Origin: an uncultured Pseudomonadota bacterium
Lineage (GTDB): Bacteria; Pseudomonadota; Alphaproteobacteria; Rhizobiales; Xanthobacteraceae
NCBI GenBank assembly: GCA_963822085.1
Contig: CAWGGL010000047.1
Location: 89,891-153,890, forward strand
Direction: 5' to 3'
Length of the DNA: 64,000 bases
A model generated the notes under the pieces. That model was not told the DNA's origin, ran no database searches, and saw nothing but the letters and a program-made list of their open reading frames with translations. The position numbers were made by a program, and so were the translations under genes. Positions 44,003 to 56,064 of the stretch are shown here, piece after piece; position 1 is the first letter of the stretch, and each line of letters starts with the position of its first letter.

Positions 44003-45243
44003 TCGGCGGCGGTCCGGGTGCCGGCGCCGAAGCGACGTTCGATGTAGTCGATCACCAACTGCTTGAAGTCGGCGCCGAGCGTGGGACCGCGCAGGGTCGC
44101 CGCCTTCTTGCCGTCGATGAATACCGGCGCGGTCGGTTGTTCGCCGGTGCCGGGCAGCGAGATGCCGATGTCGGCGTGCTTCGATTCACCCGGGCCGTTG
44201 ACGATGCAGCCCATCACCGCGACGTTGAGCGTCTCGACGCCGGGATAGCGAGTCTTCCATCCCGGCATGGAGTCGCGGATGAAGCCTTGAATATCCTGGG
44301 CCAGTTCCTGGAACGTGGTCGATGTGGTGCGGCCGCAGCCGGGGCAGGCCGCGACCAGCGGCACGAAGGTGCGCAGGCCCATGGTCTGCAGCAGTTCCTG
44401 CGCCACCTGCACCTCACGGGTGCGATCGCCGCCCGGCTCGGGCGTCAGCGAGATGCGGACGGTGTCGCCGATGCCCTGCTGCAGCAGCACACCCATGGCG
44501 GCGGAGGAAGCCACGATGCCCTTGGAGCCCATGCCGGCCTCGGTGAGGCCGAGATGCAGCGCGTAGTCGGAGCGCTTGGCGAGCATGAGATAACAGGCGA
44601 TCAGGTCCTGCACCGACGAGACTTTCGCGGACAGGATGATGCGGTTCTTGGGCAGGCCGATGTCTTCGGCGCGCGCGGCCGACAGCAGCGCCGACTGCAC
44701 CATGGCCTCGTGCATCACGTCGCGCGCATCGACCGGGTTCGGCGATGCCGAGTTCTCGTCCATCAACTTGGTCAGCAGTTCCTGGTCGAGCGAGCCCCAG
44801 TTGACGCCGATGCGCACCGGCTTGCCGTGCTTGATCGCCATCTCGACGATCTGGGTGAACTGCGGATCGCGCTTGCCCTTGAAGCCGACGTTGCCGGGAT
44901 TGATGCGGTACTTGTCGAGCGCCTCGGCACAGGCCGGGTGATCGTTGAGCAGCTTGTGGCCGATGTAGTGGAAGTCGCCGACGATGGGCGCGGTGACGCC
45001 CATCTTCAGGAGCCGCTCCTTGATGTGCGGCACGGCAGCCGCCGCCTCGTCGCGGTCGACCGTGATGCGCACGATCTCGGAGCCCGCGCGCGCCAGCGCC
45101 GCTACCTGGCGGACGGTGGAGTCCACGTCCGCCGTATCGGTGTTGGTCATGGACTGCACGACGATCGGCGCGCCGCCGCCCACTTGGACGCCGCCGACGT
45201 CGACGCCTTCGGTCTGGTGGCGATTGATGGTGATCGTGCTCAT
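43999..45243 (-). CDS. ispG: (E)-4-hydroxy-3-methylbut-2-enyl-diphosphate synthase
   Basis: [41 protein letters not shown]. Confidence 0.97.
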   Translation of the reverse strand: MSTITINRHQTEGVDVGGVQVGGGAPIVVQSMTNTDTADVDSTVRQVAALARAGSEIVRITVDRDEAAAAVPHIKERLLKMGVTAPIVGDFHYIGHKLLNDHPACAEALDKYRINPGNVGFKGKRDPQFTQIVEMAIKHGKPVRIGVNWGSLDQELLTKLMDENSASPNPVDARDVMHEAMVQSALLSAARAEDIGLPKNRIILSAKVSSVQDLIACYLMLAKRSDYALHLGLTEAGMGSKGIVASSAAMGVLLQQGIGDTVRISLTPEPGGDRTREVQVAQELLQTMGLRTFVPLVAACPGCGRTTSTTFQELAQDIQGFIRDSMPGWKTRYPGVETLNVAVMGCIVNGPGESKHADIGISLPGTGEQPTAPVFIDGKKAATLRGPTLGADFKQLVIDYIERRFGAGTRTAAE

Positions 45244-45419
45244 CGGAAAACCTTTGCAGCGGACGGAGTGCCAGAGCGCCCGGCGAGCGTCAACGGCCAC
45301 CCGCGAGGGCGGCGGCGGCGATCGAATGGCTGGACTGGATATAGGCTCATGGGATGACGCTTGCATAACCCCGGACCCGACCCGGAGTTTCAGACGGTAA
45401 CATATTGCCTCCCTGGTCC

Positions 45420-46334
45420 CTAACGCGCCCGGTTGACCAGCAGCAGCCCAGCGGCGACCAGGGCCACGGCGGCGCCGAAGGCCGGGGTCAAGGGCTCGCC
45501 CAGCACCAGATGGCCAGCCGCCACCCCGAACAGCGGGGTCAGAAACGAGAAGGCCGAAAGCCGGTTTGCCGAATAGCGCGCGATCAGCGCGAACCAGACA
45601 ACAAAGGTGATGCTCACCACCCAGACGGTCTGGTAGGCAAGCGCGCCGAGCGCGACCGCCGACGGCCAGTGGGTGATGTGCTCGCCGGCGGCCCAGCCGG
45701 CAACCCCCATGATCGGCGCCGAAACGATGAGCTGATAGAGCATCACCTTTTCGGCGGGCGCGCGATTGAGCGCGCTCGCCTTGATGGTCAGCGTGGTGGA
45801 CGCCCAGGCCGCCGCCGCCATCACCATCATGACGTCGCCGAGCGTCTGGCGCGGGTCGAGCGCCGGTGTCGGTACGCCGAAAGCGACGATCATGCCGACG
45901 AAAGAAAGCGCGAGCCCCACCCATTGCGAAAGCCGGAAGCGGTCGGCTGGCAACACGACGCGGGCGCCGAGCACCACGAAGAACGGCGCGAGATAGACGA
46001 ACAGCACGCCGCGGACAGCCGTGGTAAAGGCGAGCGCCTGGAACATGAGCGCGAATTCCAGGCCGAACAGCGTTCCGGCCGCGATACCGGCGACCAACGT
46101 GCCATCGCGCCGGAACAGCGGAATGCGGCGCACGACGCACCAACTCGTGACCAGGGCCGCCGCCAGCACGGATCGGATCGCGCCCTGGAATAGTGGCGGG
46201 ATGTCGTGGATGGCGAGCTTCATCGAGACCTGGTTGAAGCCCCAGGACAGGCACAGCAGCAGCATCGCGCCGATCGCCAGCGCGTCGAGCGGGCGGGTGA
46301 CGTGATGGTGCTGGTCGGCAGGCGTGACGGTCAT
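45420..46334 (-). CDS. DMT/EamA family transporter
   Basis: About 10 TM helices; [21 protein letters not shown]. Confidence 0.9.
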   Translation of the reverse strand: MTVTPADQHHHVTRPLDALAIGAMLLLCLSWGFNQVSMKLAIHDIPPLFQGAIRSVLAAALVTSWCVVRRIPLFRRDGTLVAGIAAGTLFGLEFALMFQALAFTTAVRGVLFVYLAPFFVVLGARVVLPADRFRLSQWVGLALSFVGMIVAFGVPTPALDPRQTLGDVMMVMAAAAWASTTLTIKASALNRAPAEKVMLYQLIVSAPIMGVAGWAAGEHITHWPSAVALGALAYQTVWVVSITFVVWFALIARYSANRLSAFSFLTPLFGVAAGHLVLGEPLTPAFGAAVALVAAGLLLVNRAR

Positions 46335-46426
46335 GGGATTCCCGACGGCAAGGCCCCGCGTTTTAGCGCGGGTCGTGGCGGGTGGCTATGTGACGGGACG
46401 CAGCCCTGTCATGGCCGCCGAGTTGC

Positions 46427-46924
46427 TTACGCCGCGTCCTTGCAATGCGCGCAGATGCCGTAGATCTCGATTACCGGCGTCTTGGGCGTGAAGCCGGCGA
46501 CGCGGGAGGCTTGCCTGATGGTGTCGGCAACGGTGGCGGACGCCGCCTCGCCGACCGCGCCGCATTTTTCGCAGATCAAGAACACCACGGGGTCGCCGCT
46601 GGCGTGATTGTGCACGCAGGCGATGAAGGCGTTGCGGCTCTCGATGCGGTGGACGAGCCCCTGCTCGCGCAGGAAATCGAGCGCGCGGTAGATGGTGATC
46701 GGCGCCGGCCGCGCGCCATCCTCGGCCAGCCGGTCGATCAGCTCGTAGGCGCCGAGCGGCTGGTGGCTTGCGAGCAGCGCCTCCAGCACGCGGCGGCGGA
46801 TCGGCGTCAGCCGTTCATGACGGTCCGCGCAGATTTGTTCAGCGTGCGCAAGCGCATCGCTGGCGCAGCGGTCATGGTCATGACCGGGGGCCGGGAAAAC
46901 CGTCTCGGATTGCTGTTTGGCCAA
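46427..46924 (-). CDS. zur: Fur family regulator, Zur-like
   Basis: HDHDRC, LTPIRRRVL, TIYRALDFL, HRIESRNAF, CEKC and CAHC. Confidence 0.85.
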   Translation of the reverse strand: MAKQQSETVFPAPGHDHDRCASDALAHAEQICADRHERLTPIRRRVLEALLASHQPLGAYELIDRLAEDGARPAPITIYRALDFLREQGLVHRIESRNAFIACVHNHASGDPVVFLICEKCGAVGEAASATVADTIRQASRVAGFTPKTPVIEIYGICAHCKDAA

Positions 46925-47013
46925 TCTTGCGCCCTTCCGTCTTGCGCCCTGCCATTTGCCGGAAGCCTAACGCGATAACGCTGGATTCGCGAAAGCTGCC
47001 TCCCCAGATAGAT

Positions 47014-47027
47014 ATTGCACTGCAACA
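47014..47027 (+). promoter_or_regulatory. Putative PhaR-binding box upstream of bdhA
   Basis: ATTGCACTGCAACA (TGC-N3-GCA palindrome) in an AT-rich promoter region. Confidence 0.45.
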
Positions 47028-47111
47028 AAAATAGGGGCAGCTTTCGGCCCCTTAGCGGGCGACGTCCTTGCCGGCCCCATCGCGGCCGTGCGCGAAACAC
47101 GAGGAATTCCC

Positions 47112-47890
<779 letters not shown>

Positions 47891-47894
<4 letters not shown>

Positions 47895-48961
47895 GCCTCC
47901 TCCGCGCCTTGCGTGGCGGCGGCGATCCGGCGCCAAGAGGCCCCAAGCGCATCAATCTGGCGCTGCAGGGTGGCGGCGTGTACGGCGCCTTCACCTGGGG
48001 CGTGCTCGATCATCTCATCAAGGACGGACGGCTCGTCGTCGACGGCATTTCCGGCACCTCCGCCGGCGCGGTCAACGCGGTGATGCTGGCCGATGGGCTC
48101 AAGCGCGGCGGCGCCGACGAGGCGCGCAAACGGCTGGCCGATTTCTGGAAGTCGGTGAGCTTGGGCGGCGACTTGCCCGAAATGCAGCGCAATGTGCTCA
48201 GCCGCCTGTTCTCGTTGATGCCGAGCGAACAGCCGGGGCACGGCTGGCTGTCGGCCTGGTCGCGCCATCTCTCGCCCTACGACCTCAACCCACTCAACAT
48301 CAATCCGCTCAAGGACCTGATCGAGCGCTTTGTCGATTTTGAATCTTTACGCGCCGACCAACGGCCGCTGTTCATCGCCGCCACCAATGTGCAGACCGGC
48401 CGCCTGCACATCTTTCCGCGCGACAAGATTTCCGCCGAAGCGGTAATGGCCTCGGCCTGCCTGCCGACCGTGTTTCGCGCGGTGGAGATCGACGGCATTT
48501 CCTATTGGGACGGCGGCTATCTCGGCAACCCGGTGCTGTTTCCGTTCTTCCGCGCCACGGACACCGAGGATGTGCTGATCGTGCAGATCAATCCGCTGGT
48601 ACGGCGCAAGATCCCGCATTCGAACCGCGAGATCGTGGCGCGGGTTAACGAAATCACGTTCAATTCATCGTTGATGGGCGAACTACGCGCCATCGAATTT
48701 GTCAACCGGATGATCACGCAGAGCCGGCTGCCGCGCGGCACCGGCCACGGTCAATATCGCTTCATCAGGGCACATCGCATCGTCCTAGAAGGATTAGGCG
48801 AGCGATTTTCATCGGCGAGCAAGCTGCGCAACGATTACGAATCCTTTGAGCTCCTGCGCAAGTTGGGCGAACGCGCGGCGCGGCGGTTCCTTGATGCGCA
48901 CTACGCGGACATCGGTGTGCGGGGGACGGTCGACCTGGAGGCGGAAGTGTTCGCGGAGTGA
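47891..48961 (+). CDS. Patatin-like phospholipase/esterase
   Basis: LQGGGVYG, GTSAG nucleophile, WDGG; GTGA overlap with bdhA. Confidence 0.9.
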
Positions 48962-48967
48962 GGACCG

Positions 48968-49089
48968 CTTGTCGCGGATGCGGTGCAGCGCGATAGTGGT
49001 GCACCGCTGATCCGGGGCCCCAGTTTGTTTGAAGCTGGATCCCGAGTCAGCAGCGCTGGCATTGCATGCTGCGCTGCGCCCGGGAAAAG
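48968..49089. repeat. REP-like paired palindrome (family C)
   Basis: TGTCGCGGATGCGGTGCAGCG..GATCCGGGGCC ... CAGCAGCG..CGCTGCGCCCGGGA; homolog at 58110. Confidence 0.75.
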
Positions 49090-49104
49090 CATACACTCTC
49101 TGCC

Positions 49105-49653
49105 ATGACCGAACTCACCGCCGAAATCGGCAACACGCATCTTGCGGTGATTGTCGCCGACATCACCACCCTCGACGTCGCGGCAATCGTCAACGCAGCC
49201 AATCGCTCGCTCTTGGGCGGCGGCGGGGTGGACGGCGCCATTCATCGCGCCGCCGGGCCCGAACTGCTGGTCGAGTGCGAGACACTGGGTGGCTGTGACA
49301 CCGGCAGCGCCAAGATCACCCGCGGCTACAGGCTGAAGGCAGATTACGTCATCCACGCGGTGGGACCGGTCTGGCAGGGCGGGGACAAGCACGAAGATGA
49401 GCTGCTCGCCGGCTGCTACCGCACCGCGCTCGATCTCGCCGCCGAACACAAGCTGACGTCGATCGCGTTTCCGGCCATATCGACCGGCGTCTACGGTTTT
49501 CCCGCCGACCGCGCCGCCCGCATCGCCGTCGGCACCGTGGCGGCGGAGATTTCCGCTCACCCGCGCGGCATGGCGCGGGTCATATTTTGCTGCTTCTCGC
49601 AAGAAAGCGCCGAGCACCACGAGGCCGCGTTCGCGGATTTGGGATTGGCGTAA
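49105..49653 (+). CDS. ymdB: Macro-domain O-acetyl-ADP-ribose deacetylase
   Basis: [41 protein letters not shown]. Confidence 0.92.
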   Translation: MTELTAEIGNTHLAVIVADITTLDVAAIVNAANRSLLGGGGVDGAIHRAAGPELLVECETLGGCDTGSAKITRGYRLKADYVIHAVGPVWQGGDKHEDELLAGCYRTALDLAAEHKLTSIAFPAISTGVYGFPADRAARIAVGTVAAEISAHPRGMARVIFCCFSQESAEHHEAAFADLGLA

Positions 49654-49682
49654 TATTCTCCGAGCGTGAGGCAATTTCGCTT

Positions 49683-49707
49683 GCCCTCTCCCACAAGGGG
49701 AGAGGGC
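49683..49707. repeat. CCCTCTCCC-type hairpin (REP half/terminator) between convergent genes
   Basis: GCCCTCTCCC-ACAAG-GGGAGAGGGC. Confidence 0.65.
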
Positions 49708-49729
49708 ACTTGAGGCGCGGCCGTGCCCG

Positions 49730-50527
49730 TTACCCCTTCGGCTCCACGTCCAGCCGCACGATCCAGCCGTCCAGGTTTGGGCCGGCCGACGGGTAGCGCT
49801 TCATCACCTCGGGATCGTGGCCCGGCACCACGTGCCGCGGCGAAGAACCGAGCTTCTTCAGTGTCTTGTAACCTTCCAGCGTGTCGCCGACGTTGTAGGT
49901 GATCGGGAATACGCGGCCCTCGTCCATGTGCGAATAGAGATGGCAGCAGTCCGACGCCACCACCACATAGCCGGCCCGCGTCTTCACCCGTACGCATTGC
50001 AGGCCCTTCGAATGGCCGCCGATCTTGTGCACGGTGATGCCGGGGGCAAGCTCCTCCACGCCGTCATGGAACTCGACGCGTTCGGCGAACACCTTCTTCA
50101 CCATCGCGTGCACGTCGCCCTCGCTGAACGGGATGCGTAGCGTCTGATGGCACATGCAGCGGCCCGTGCAATAGGCCATCTCGGTATCCTGGATGTGGTA
50201 GCGCGCATTGGGGAACAAGTCGTAGTTGCCGGCGTGGTCCCAGTGCATGTGCGTCGCGATGACGTGGTCGACCTTGTCGGGATCGACCCCGAGCGCCTTG
50301 ATGCCCTCGCCCACAGGATGGACGATCTTGCGGCCGCGCTCCTTGGCGGCCGTCTCGTCGAAGCCGGTGTCGCAGACGAAGGTGCCGTGCGGACCTTTGA
50401 TGACCCAGACATAATAGGCGATCGAGGTCTGCTCATCATGGGGATCGCCGAAGATGTAGTTCTCGGAACGCATGCGCGCGTGCTCGGCGTATTTCACCGC
50501 ATAGACTTCATGAATGTCGTCGCTCAT
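49730..50527 (-). CDS. Metallo-beta-lactamase fold lactonase (N-acyl homoserine lactonase family)
   Basis: DTG, THMHWDHAG (HxHxDH), GGHSKG, ASD, PGHDP. Confidence 0.88.
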   Translation of the reverse strand: MSDDIHEVYAVKYAEHARMRSENYIFGDPHDEQTSIAYYVWVIKGPHGTFVCDTGFDETAAKERGRKIVHPVGEGIKALGVDPDKVDHVIATHMHWDHAGNYDLFPNARYHIQDTEMAYCTGRCMCHQTLRIPFSEGDVHAMVKKVFAERVEFHDGVEELAPGITVHKIGGHSKGLQCVRVKTRAGYVVVASDCCHLYSHMDEGRVFPITYNVGDTLEGYKTLKKLGSSPRHVVPGHDPEVMKRYPSAGPNLDGWIVRLDVEPKG

Positions 50528-51417
50528 TTCTTGTCTCCTCCCACCACAACACCGGCGCGCTTCTCGATCATCTTCACGATATTGGTGAAATCACTGTCGC
50601 CGCCGTATTCCGTGTTCGTTGCCTCCCACTGGTCCAGAACGGTGTGCATGACCGCGTTCGGCACGCCGAGCTCTTTCGATTCCGCAAAGCAGAGCCGCAC
50701 GTCCTTGAGCATCAGCGCGGTGCCGAAGCCGTAGTTGAAAGTGCGCGGCAGGATACTCTGTGGAAATTTCTGGTCGGACGCCCGGCTGCGGCCGGAGCCG
50801 GCATTGATAACGTCGATCATGAGGCCGGCGTCGAGACCGGCCTTGACGCCCATCGCCACCGCTTCCGCGGTCGCCGCCATGGCGGCGGCGGAAAGGAAAT
50901 TGTTGGCGAGCTTCATGGTCTGCGCCATGCCAGGCTTGTCGCCGATAACGAAGACCGTGCCGAAGACGGCGAGCGCGTCCTTCACCTGATCAATCTCGGC
51001 CTGCGGCCCCGACACCATGACGGCGAGCGTGCCCTTGGCCGCGCCGCTGACGCCGCCCGACACCGGGCAATCGATCTGCACGATGTTCTTCTTCGCCATG
51101 GCGGCGGCGATCTTGGCGGCCATGCCGGCGCCGGTAGTGGAAAGATCGATGAAGCGTTTCACGCGCTTGCCGTGGATAACGCCGCCCTCGCCGGTCGCGA
51201 CCTTCTCGGAGATCTGCAGCGACGGCAGGCTCGCCATCACGGTCTCGACCCGGTCGGCGACGTCCTGCGGCGAGGACGCAAGCTGCGCGCCAAGCGCGAC
51301 CAGCGGCGCCGCCGCGTCGTTGCGGGTGTCGTAGACGACGAGTTTGTGCCCCGCCTCGGCCAGACGGCGCGCCATCGGGCCACCCATGTTGCCGAGACCG
51401 ATAAAACCGATGTCCAT
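50524..51417 (-). CDS. NAD(P)-dependent beta-hydroxyacid dehydrogenase (MmsB/GarR family)
   Basis: GFIGLGNMG, DCPVSGG, MKLANN, LMLKD. Confidence 0.9.
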   Translation of the reverse strand: MDIGFIGLGNMGGPMARRLAEAGHKLVVYDTRNDAAAPLVALGAQLASSPQDVADRVETVMASLPSLQISEKVATGEGGVIHGKRVKRFIDLSTTGAGMAAKIAAAMAKKNIVQIDCPVSGGVSGAAKGTLAVMVSGPQAEIDQVKDALAVFGTVFVIGDKPGMAQTMKLANNFLSAAAMAATAEAVAMGVKAGLDAGLMIDVINAGSGRSRASDQKFPQSILPRTFNYGFGTALMLKDVRLCFAESKELGVPNAVMHTVLDQWEATNTEYGGDSDFTNIVKMIEKRAGVVVGGDKK

Positions 51418-51498
51418 TCCTTGAAGTCCTTCTTGAGCGTCGTTTCCAAATCCGACTTTGCCCGAGCGGCGACGGCGCGTCACCGGGGGCCACTCGCT

Positions 51499-51611
51499 GT
51501 CATTCCGGGGAGCGAATGAAATCCGCAAACCGGGAATCCAGAGCTCCCGGATTCCAGGCCCGGCGACCACCGATCTGCGCTTCGCGCACCACGACGCCTT
51601 CCCGGAATGCC
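51499..51611. repeat. REP-like paired palindrome (family B)
   Basis: GTCATTCCGGGG..CGGGAATCC ... GGATTCCAGG..CCCGGAATG. Confidence 0.75.
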
Positions 51612-51645
51612 GCAAGGATCCGGCAACCATTCGACCAAAGCGCTA

Positions 51646-51674
51646 TTGACCTTATTATAAGGACACTTATTATA
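51646..51674 (+). promoter_or_regulatory. Sigma-70 promoter overlapped by a MarR-type operator
   Basis: TTGACC (51646) ... TATTAT (51668); palindromes ATAAG-N4-CTTAT (51657-51670) and CCTTAT-T-ATAAGG (51650-51662). Confidence 0.65.
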
Positions 51675-51702
51675 TCGGCACTCCCAAACCAGGGGACCTG
51701 CC

Positions 51703-52185
51703 ATGCTCACGTTGCCGGTGGAACGCGAAATCGCCTTTAATCTCATGGACGTAGCCCGGATGATGCGGACTTACGCCGACCAGCGCGCGCGCCAGTTCGG
51801 CATCTCCCGCGCCCAATGGACGGTGCTGGTGCGGCTCGACCGCTTCGAGGGCCTGAAGCAGTCGGAGCTCGCCGAGGTCCTGGAGCTGCAGCCAATCTCG
51901 CTCACCCGCCTGCTCGACCGGCTGGCCGAAAACGGCCTGATCGAGCGCCGGCCCGACCCCAAGGACCGCCGCGCCAACCGGCTCTACCTCACCCCCGCCG
52001 CGCGGCCGCTGTTGGACAAGCTGGCCAAGCTCAGCATCGAAATCATGGACCAGGTGCTCGACGGCTTCGACGACGACGCCAACGAGCGCCTGCTGAGCAC
52101 ACTGACGATCATGAAAGACAACCTGCGCACCGCCATCGCGCACAACACAACGCACCCACACACCGATACGGTTGCCGCCCAATGA
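51703..52185 (+). CDS. MarR/SlyA family transcriptional regulator
   Basis: QSELAE..LTRLLDRL..GLIERRPDPKDRRANRLYLT. Confidence 0.93.
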   Translation: MLTLPVEREIAFNLMDVARMMRTYADQRARQFGISRAQWTVLVRLDRFEGLKQSELAEVLELQPISLTRLLDRLAENGLIERRPDPKDRRANRLYLTPAARPLLDKLAKLSIEIMDQVLDGFDDDANERLLSTLTIMKDNLRTAIAHNTTHPHTDTVAAQ

Positions 52186-53366
52186 GTGACAAAGCATTGA
52201 AGATTGTTCCCGCCGACGACGCGCCGCAGGCGCCCGCGGCAGAAGCGCCAGAGGCCAAGGGCAAGCCCGACGCCAAGCCGGGCACGCCCCCGGCCGGCGA
52301 AGCGCCGGCCAAGGCGGCGCCGAACAAGCGTCGCGGCCTGCGCACCATCCTGCTGATCGTGCTGCCGCTAGTCGCCGTCATCGGCGGCACTGCGTTCTAC
52401 CTGTTGGGCGGGCGTTACATCTCCACCGACAACGCCTATGTCGGGGCCCAGAAGGTTCTCATCACCCCGGACGTGTCCGGCAAGGTCATCCACGTCGCCG
52501 TGCGCGAGGGCCAGCACGTCAAGCCGGGCGACGAGCTGTTCACCCTCGATCCCGAGCCCTACAAGCTGGCCCTCGACCAGGCACAAGCCAAGCTCGCCAC
52601 CGCGCGCACCGAATACGCCAAACTCAAGACCACCCTGAAGTCGCTGACCAAGCTGATCGGCCTCGCGCACAAGAACGTCGCGCTCAAGAAAGGGGACGTC
52701 GAGCGTAAGCAGAAGCTGCTCGCCTCGCAGGCGGGCTCGCGGGCCGACCGCGACACCGCGGCTGTGGGCCTGGTGACCGCCCAGTTGCAGGCGCAGTACG
52801 CCGAGCAGCAGCACGACGTCGCCCTCGCCCAGTTGCTCGGCAACCCCGACCTGCCGCTCGCGCAATTCCCAGCCTATGTGCAGGCCAAGGCGGCGGTCGA
52901 CGACGCCAAGCGCAATCTCGCCCACACCGTGATCCGCGCCCCGATGTCCGGCATCGCCACACAGGTCGACAACATCCAGCTCGGCCGCTTCATCGCAGCC
53001 GGCGCACCGGTGCTGAGCGTCATCGACGATCAGGCGCCGTGGGTCGAGGCCAATCCAAAGGAAACCGAAATCACCTATCTGCGCGTCGGACAGAAGGTGA
53101 CCATCGAGGTCGACAGCTTCCCCGACCATGTGTTCCACGGCACCGTGCAGTCGGTGAGCCCCGGCACCGGCGCGCAATTCTCGATCCTTCCGCCGCAGAA
53201 CGCCAGCGGCAACTGGGTCAAGGTGGTGCAGCGGGTGCCGGTGCGTATCGTGTTCGACAAGGGCCAGGATACGCATCTGCTGCGCGCCGGCATGAGCGTG
53301 GCGGTGGATATCGATACCCACCACAGCCGGTTGCCGGCGTTCCTCGCATTCGCCCACGGGAAGTAA
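52182..53366 (+). CDS. emrA: EmrA/HlyD family efflux membrane fusion protein
   Basis: STDNAYV, IRAPMSG, FSILPPQNASGNWVKVVQRVPVRI; ATGA overlap with marR. Confidence 0.92.
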   Translation: MSDKALKIVPADDAPQAPAAEAPEAKGKPDAKPGTPPAGEAPAKAAPNKRRGLRTILLIVLPLVAVIGGTAFYLLGGRYISTDNAYVGAQKVLITPDVSGKVIHVAVREGQHVKPGDELFTLDPEPYKLALDQAQAKLATARTEYAKLKTTLKSLTKLIGLAHKNVALKKGDVERKQKLLASQAGSRADRDTAAVGLVTAQLQAQYAEQQHDVALAQLLGNPDLPLAQFPAYVQAKAAVDDAKRNLAHTVIRAPMSGIATQVDNIQLGRFIAAGAPVLSVIDDQAPWVEANPKETEITYLRVGQKVTIEVDSFPDHVFHGTVQSVSPGTGAQFSILPPQNASGNWVKVVQRVPVRIVFDKGQDTHLLRAGMSVAVDIDTHHSRLPAFLAFAHGK

Positions 53367-53372
53367 CGTGCG

Positions 53373-54923
53373 ATGACTGCCTCGTCGTCGATGCAGCCCG
53401 GCTTGCGCCGCACCATGCTGACGGTCTGCGCCATGTCGGCCACCGTCATGCAGGCGCTCGACACCACCATCGCCAACGTGGCGCTGCCCTATATGCAGGG
53501 CTCGCTGTCGGCGTCGCTCGACCAGATCAACTGGGTGCTGACCTCCTATATCGTCGCCTCCGCTATCATGACCGCACCGATGGGCTGGCTCGCCGACCGC
53601 TTCGGTCGCAAGAAGCTGTTCATCGTGTGCGTGGCCGGCTTCACCATCTCATCGCTGCTATGCGCGCTGGCGCAGAACATCGACGAGATCGTACTGTTCC
53701 GGCTGATGCAGGGCATGGCGGGCGCCGCGCTGGTGCCGCTGTCGCAGGCGGTGCTGCTCGACGCCTACACGCCGGAGGAACGCGGCGGCGCCATGGCGGT
53801 CTGGGGCATCGGCGTGATGCTCGGGCCGATCATGGGCCCGACTCTCGGCGCCTGGCTGACCGACAACTACTCCTGGCACTGGGTATTCCTGATCAACCTG
53901 CCCATCGGCATCATCACCGTGTTCGGCCTGATGCTGTTCATGGACGAGACCGAACGTCAGGGGCACCTGCGTTTCGACTGGTTCGGCTTCATCGCCTTGG
54001 CCATCGGCATCGGCGCGCTGCAACTTCTGCTCGACCGCGGCGAACAGGTGGGCTGGTACGGCGCGAACGAGATCTGGATCGAGACCATCGTCTCAGTTGC
54101 GGGCTTCTATTATTTCTTCGCGCACTCGCTGACCACCGACACGCCGTTCGTGCGGTTCGAGCTGTTCAAGGACCGCAATTTCGTGGCCGGCTGCGTGTTC
54201 ATGGTGGTGATCGGCGTGGTGCTGTTCGGCACCATGGCGCTGGTGACGCCGTTCATGCAGAAGCTGCTCGGCTATCCGATCCAGACCGCCGGCTTCCTGC
54301 TCGGTTCGCGCGGCGTCGGCACGCTCCTGACCATGATGGTGGCGCCGCGGCTGATGAAAATGTTCGAGACCCGCTGGCTGATCCTGGCGGGCCTGCTCCT
54401 CTCCGGCGGCACGCTTTACTTCTTCACCGGCTTCTCGCTCGATACGACGCAGGAAACGATCGTCATTACCTCGATCATTCAGGGCGTCGGGCTCGGGCTG
54501 CTGTTCGTGCCGATCACTACCGCGGCCTTCTTGACGCTGCCGGGGCACCTGCGCACCGGCGGAACCGCCATGCTGACGCTGGTGCGCAATATCGGCTCGT
54601 CGATCGGCATCTCCATGGTGATCGCGAGGCTGACCGACGAGACCATTTACATGCACGCGCGGCTGGCCGCCCAGGTGACGCCGTTCAACGACGCCCTGCA
54701 GTTCCCCATCGTGCATCATTATCTCAACATGGCGACCGACGAGGGCCGCGCCATGATGGACCTGATCGTCACCCAGCAGGCGACCCTGATCGCCTACCTG
54801 AACGACTACAAGCTCTTGATGGTGCTGACGCTGTCGACCATCCCCCTGATCTTCATCCTCGGCTCATCGAAGAAGAAGGCGCCAAGCGAGGAAGATCTGG
54901 AAGAGGCGGTGGTGTTGGAGTGA
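53373..54923 (+). CDS. emrB: DHA2 (EmrB/QacA) MFS efflux permease
   Basis: LDTTIANVALP, WVLTSYIV, GWLADRFGRK, WVFLINLPIG. Confidence 0.93.
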   Translation: MTASSSMQPGLRRTMLTVCAMSATVMQALDTTIANVALPYMQGSLSASLDQINWVLTSYIVASAIMTAPMGWLADRFGRKKLFIVCVAGFTISSLLCALAQNIDEIVLFRLMQGMAGAALVPLSQAVLLDAYTPEERGGAMAVWGIGVMLGPIMGPTLGAWLTDNYSWHWVFLINLPIGIITVFGLMLFMDETERQGHLRFDWFGFIALAIGIGALQLLLDRGEQVGWYGANEIWIETIVSVAGFYYFFAHSLTTDTPFVRFELFKDRNFVAGCVFMVVIGVVLFGTMALVTPFMQKLLGYPIQTAGFLLGSRGVGTLLTMMVAPRLMKMFETRWLILAGLLLSGGTLYFFTGFSLDTTQETIVITSIIQGVGLGLLFVPITTAAFLTLPGHLRTGGTAMLTLVRNIGSSIGISMVIARLTDETIYMHARLAAQVTPFNDALQFPIVHHYLNMATDEGRAMMDLIVTQQATLIAYLNDYKLLMVLTLSTIPLIFILGSSKKKAPSEEDLEEAVVLE

Positions 54924-54938
54924 GCCGCGGCGGCGCGC

Positions 54939-56063
54939 TCAGCGCTTGCCGAATTCTTTCTTGATCATCTCCGAATGCTCCCCCAGCGCCGGGACCGGGC
55001 CGTAGTGGCGCGGCGCGCCGGCGCGGACGGCAGCAGGCGCCGGCATGGAGGCCGGGCCGCTCTCGGTGCCGACCGTGATTCGACGCAGGTGCGGATGCGT
55101 CGATAGCAGCTTCGCATCGTTGACCCGGGCAAACGCGATATCGGCCTTTTCCAATATCGTCATCAACGGCTCGACGTCGTGGCGGGCGAACACCGCGGCG
55201 ACAGCGGCGTTGGTCGCGGCGCGGTTTTCGTTGCGCTTGGGATTGGTGGCAAAGCGTTCGTCGGCGCCGAGCGAAGCGTCGCCCAGCACCTTGTCGGCCA
55301 GCACGCGCCACTCGCGATCGTTCTGGATGGAGATCAGGATGTCGGCGCCGTCGCGCGTCTTGAACACGCCGTAGGGCGCAATCGTCGGATGGGCGAGGCC
55401 GATGCGCTTGAACGGGTTGCCCCACTCCTCGTTCAGCAGGGGAATCGTCATCCACTCCGCCATGCCGTCGAACATCGAAATCGATATCTCGGCGCCCTCG
55501 CCGGTACGCCCGCGGCCGATCAGCGCTTCGAGGATCGCTTCATAGGCGTTGAGGCCGGCGCCGACATCGACGATCGACACACCGACCCGCGCCGGCGCTT
55601 CCGGCCCGCCGGTGACCGACGAAATCCCCGACTCCGCCTGGATCAAAAGATCATAGGCTTTGCGTTGCGCGTAGGGGCCGCTCTCGCCGTAACCGGAGAT
55701 CGAGCAGCAGATCAGCTTCGGGTAATCCTTGCGCAGGCGCGCGATCGGGAAACCGAGCTTGGCGATGGCACCGGGCTTGAGGTTCTGTACGAATACGTCG
55801 GCCTTGGCGAGCATGGCTTCGAGCAGCGCCTTGTCCTCGTCCTTTCTGAGGTCGAGCACCACCGACTGCTTGCCGCGATTGAGCCAGACGAAGTGCGCGC
55901 TCTCACCATGGACGATGTGGTCGTATTCACGCGCGAAGTCGCCTTCCGGCCGCTCCACCTTGATGACGCGCGCGCCGGCATCGGCCATGCGGCAGCTACA
56001 GGTCGGCGCGGCAACCGCCTGTTCGAGCGAGACGACGAGAATGCCTTCGAGGGGGAGGGCCAT
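54939..56063 (-). CDS. CaiB/BaiF family III CoA-transferase
   Basis: EQAVAAP, ADAGARVIKVE, LNRGKQS, YDLLIQAESG. Confidence 0.92.
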   Translation of the reverse strand: MALPLEGILVVSLEQAVAAPTCSCRMADAGARVIKVERPEGDFAREYDHIVHGESAHFVWLNRGKQSVVLDLRKDEDKALLEAMLAKADVFVQNLKPGAIAKLGFPIARLRKDYPKLICCSISGYGESGPYAQRKAYDLLIQAESGISSVTGGPEAPARVGVSIVDVGAGLNAYEAILEALIGRGRTGEGAEISISMFDGMAEWMTIPLLNEEWGNPFKRIGLAHPTIAPYGVFKTRDGADILISIQNDREWRVLADKVLGDASLGADERFATNPKRNENRAATNAAVAAVFARHDVEPLMTILEKADIAFARVNDAKLLSTHPHLRRITVGTESGPASMPAPAAVRAGAPRHYGPVPALGEHSEMIKKEFGKR

Positions 56064-56064
56064 T

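Noticed and set aside
45244-46254. N-terminal extension of IspG (751-aa ORF)
   Set aside because: It overlaps the DMT transporter in another frame; IspG homology begins near 45243.
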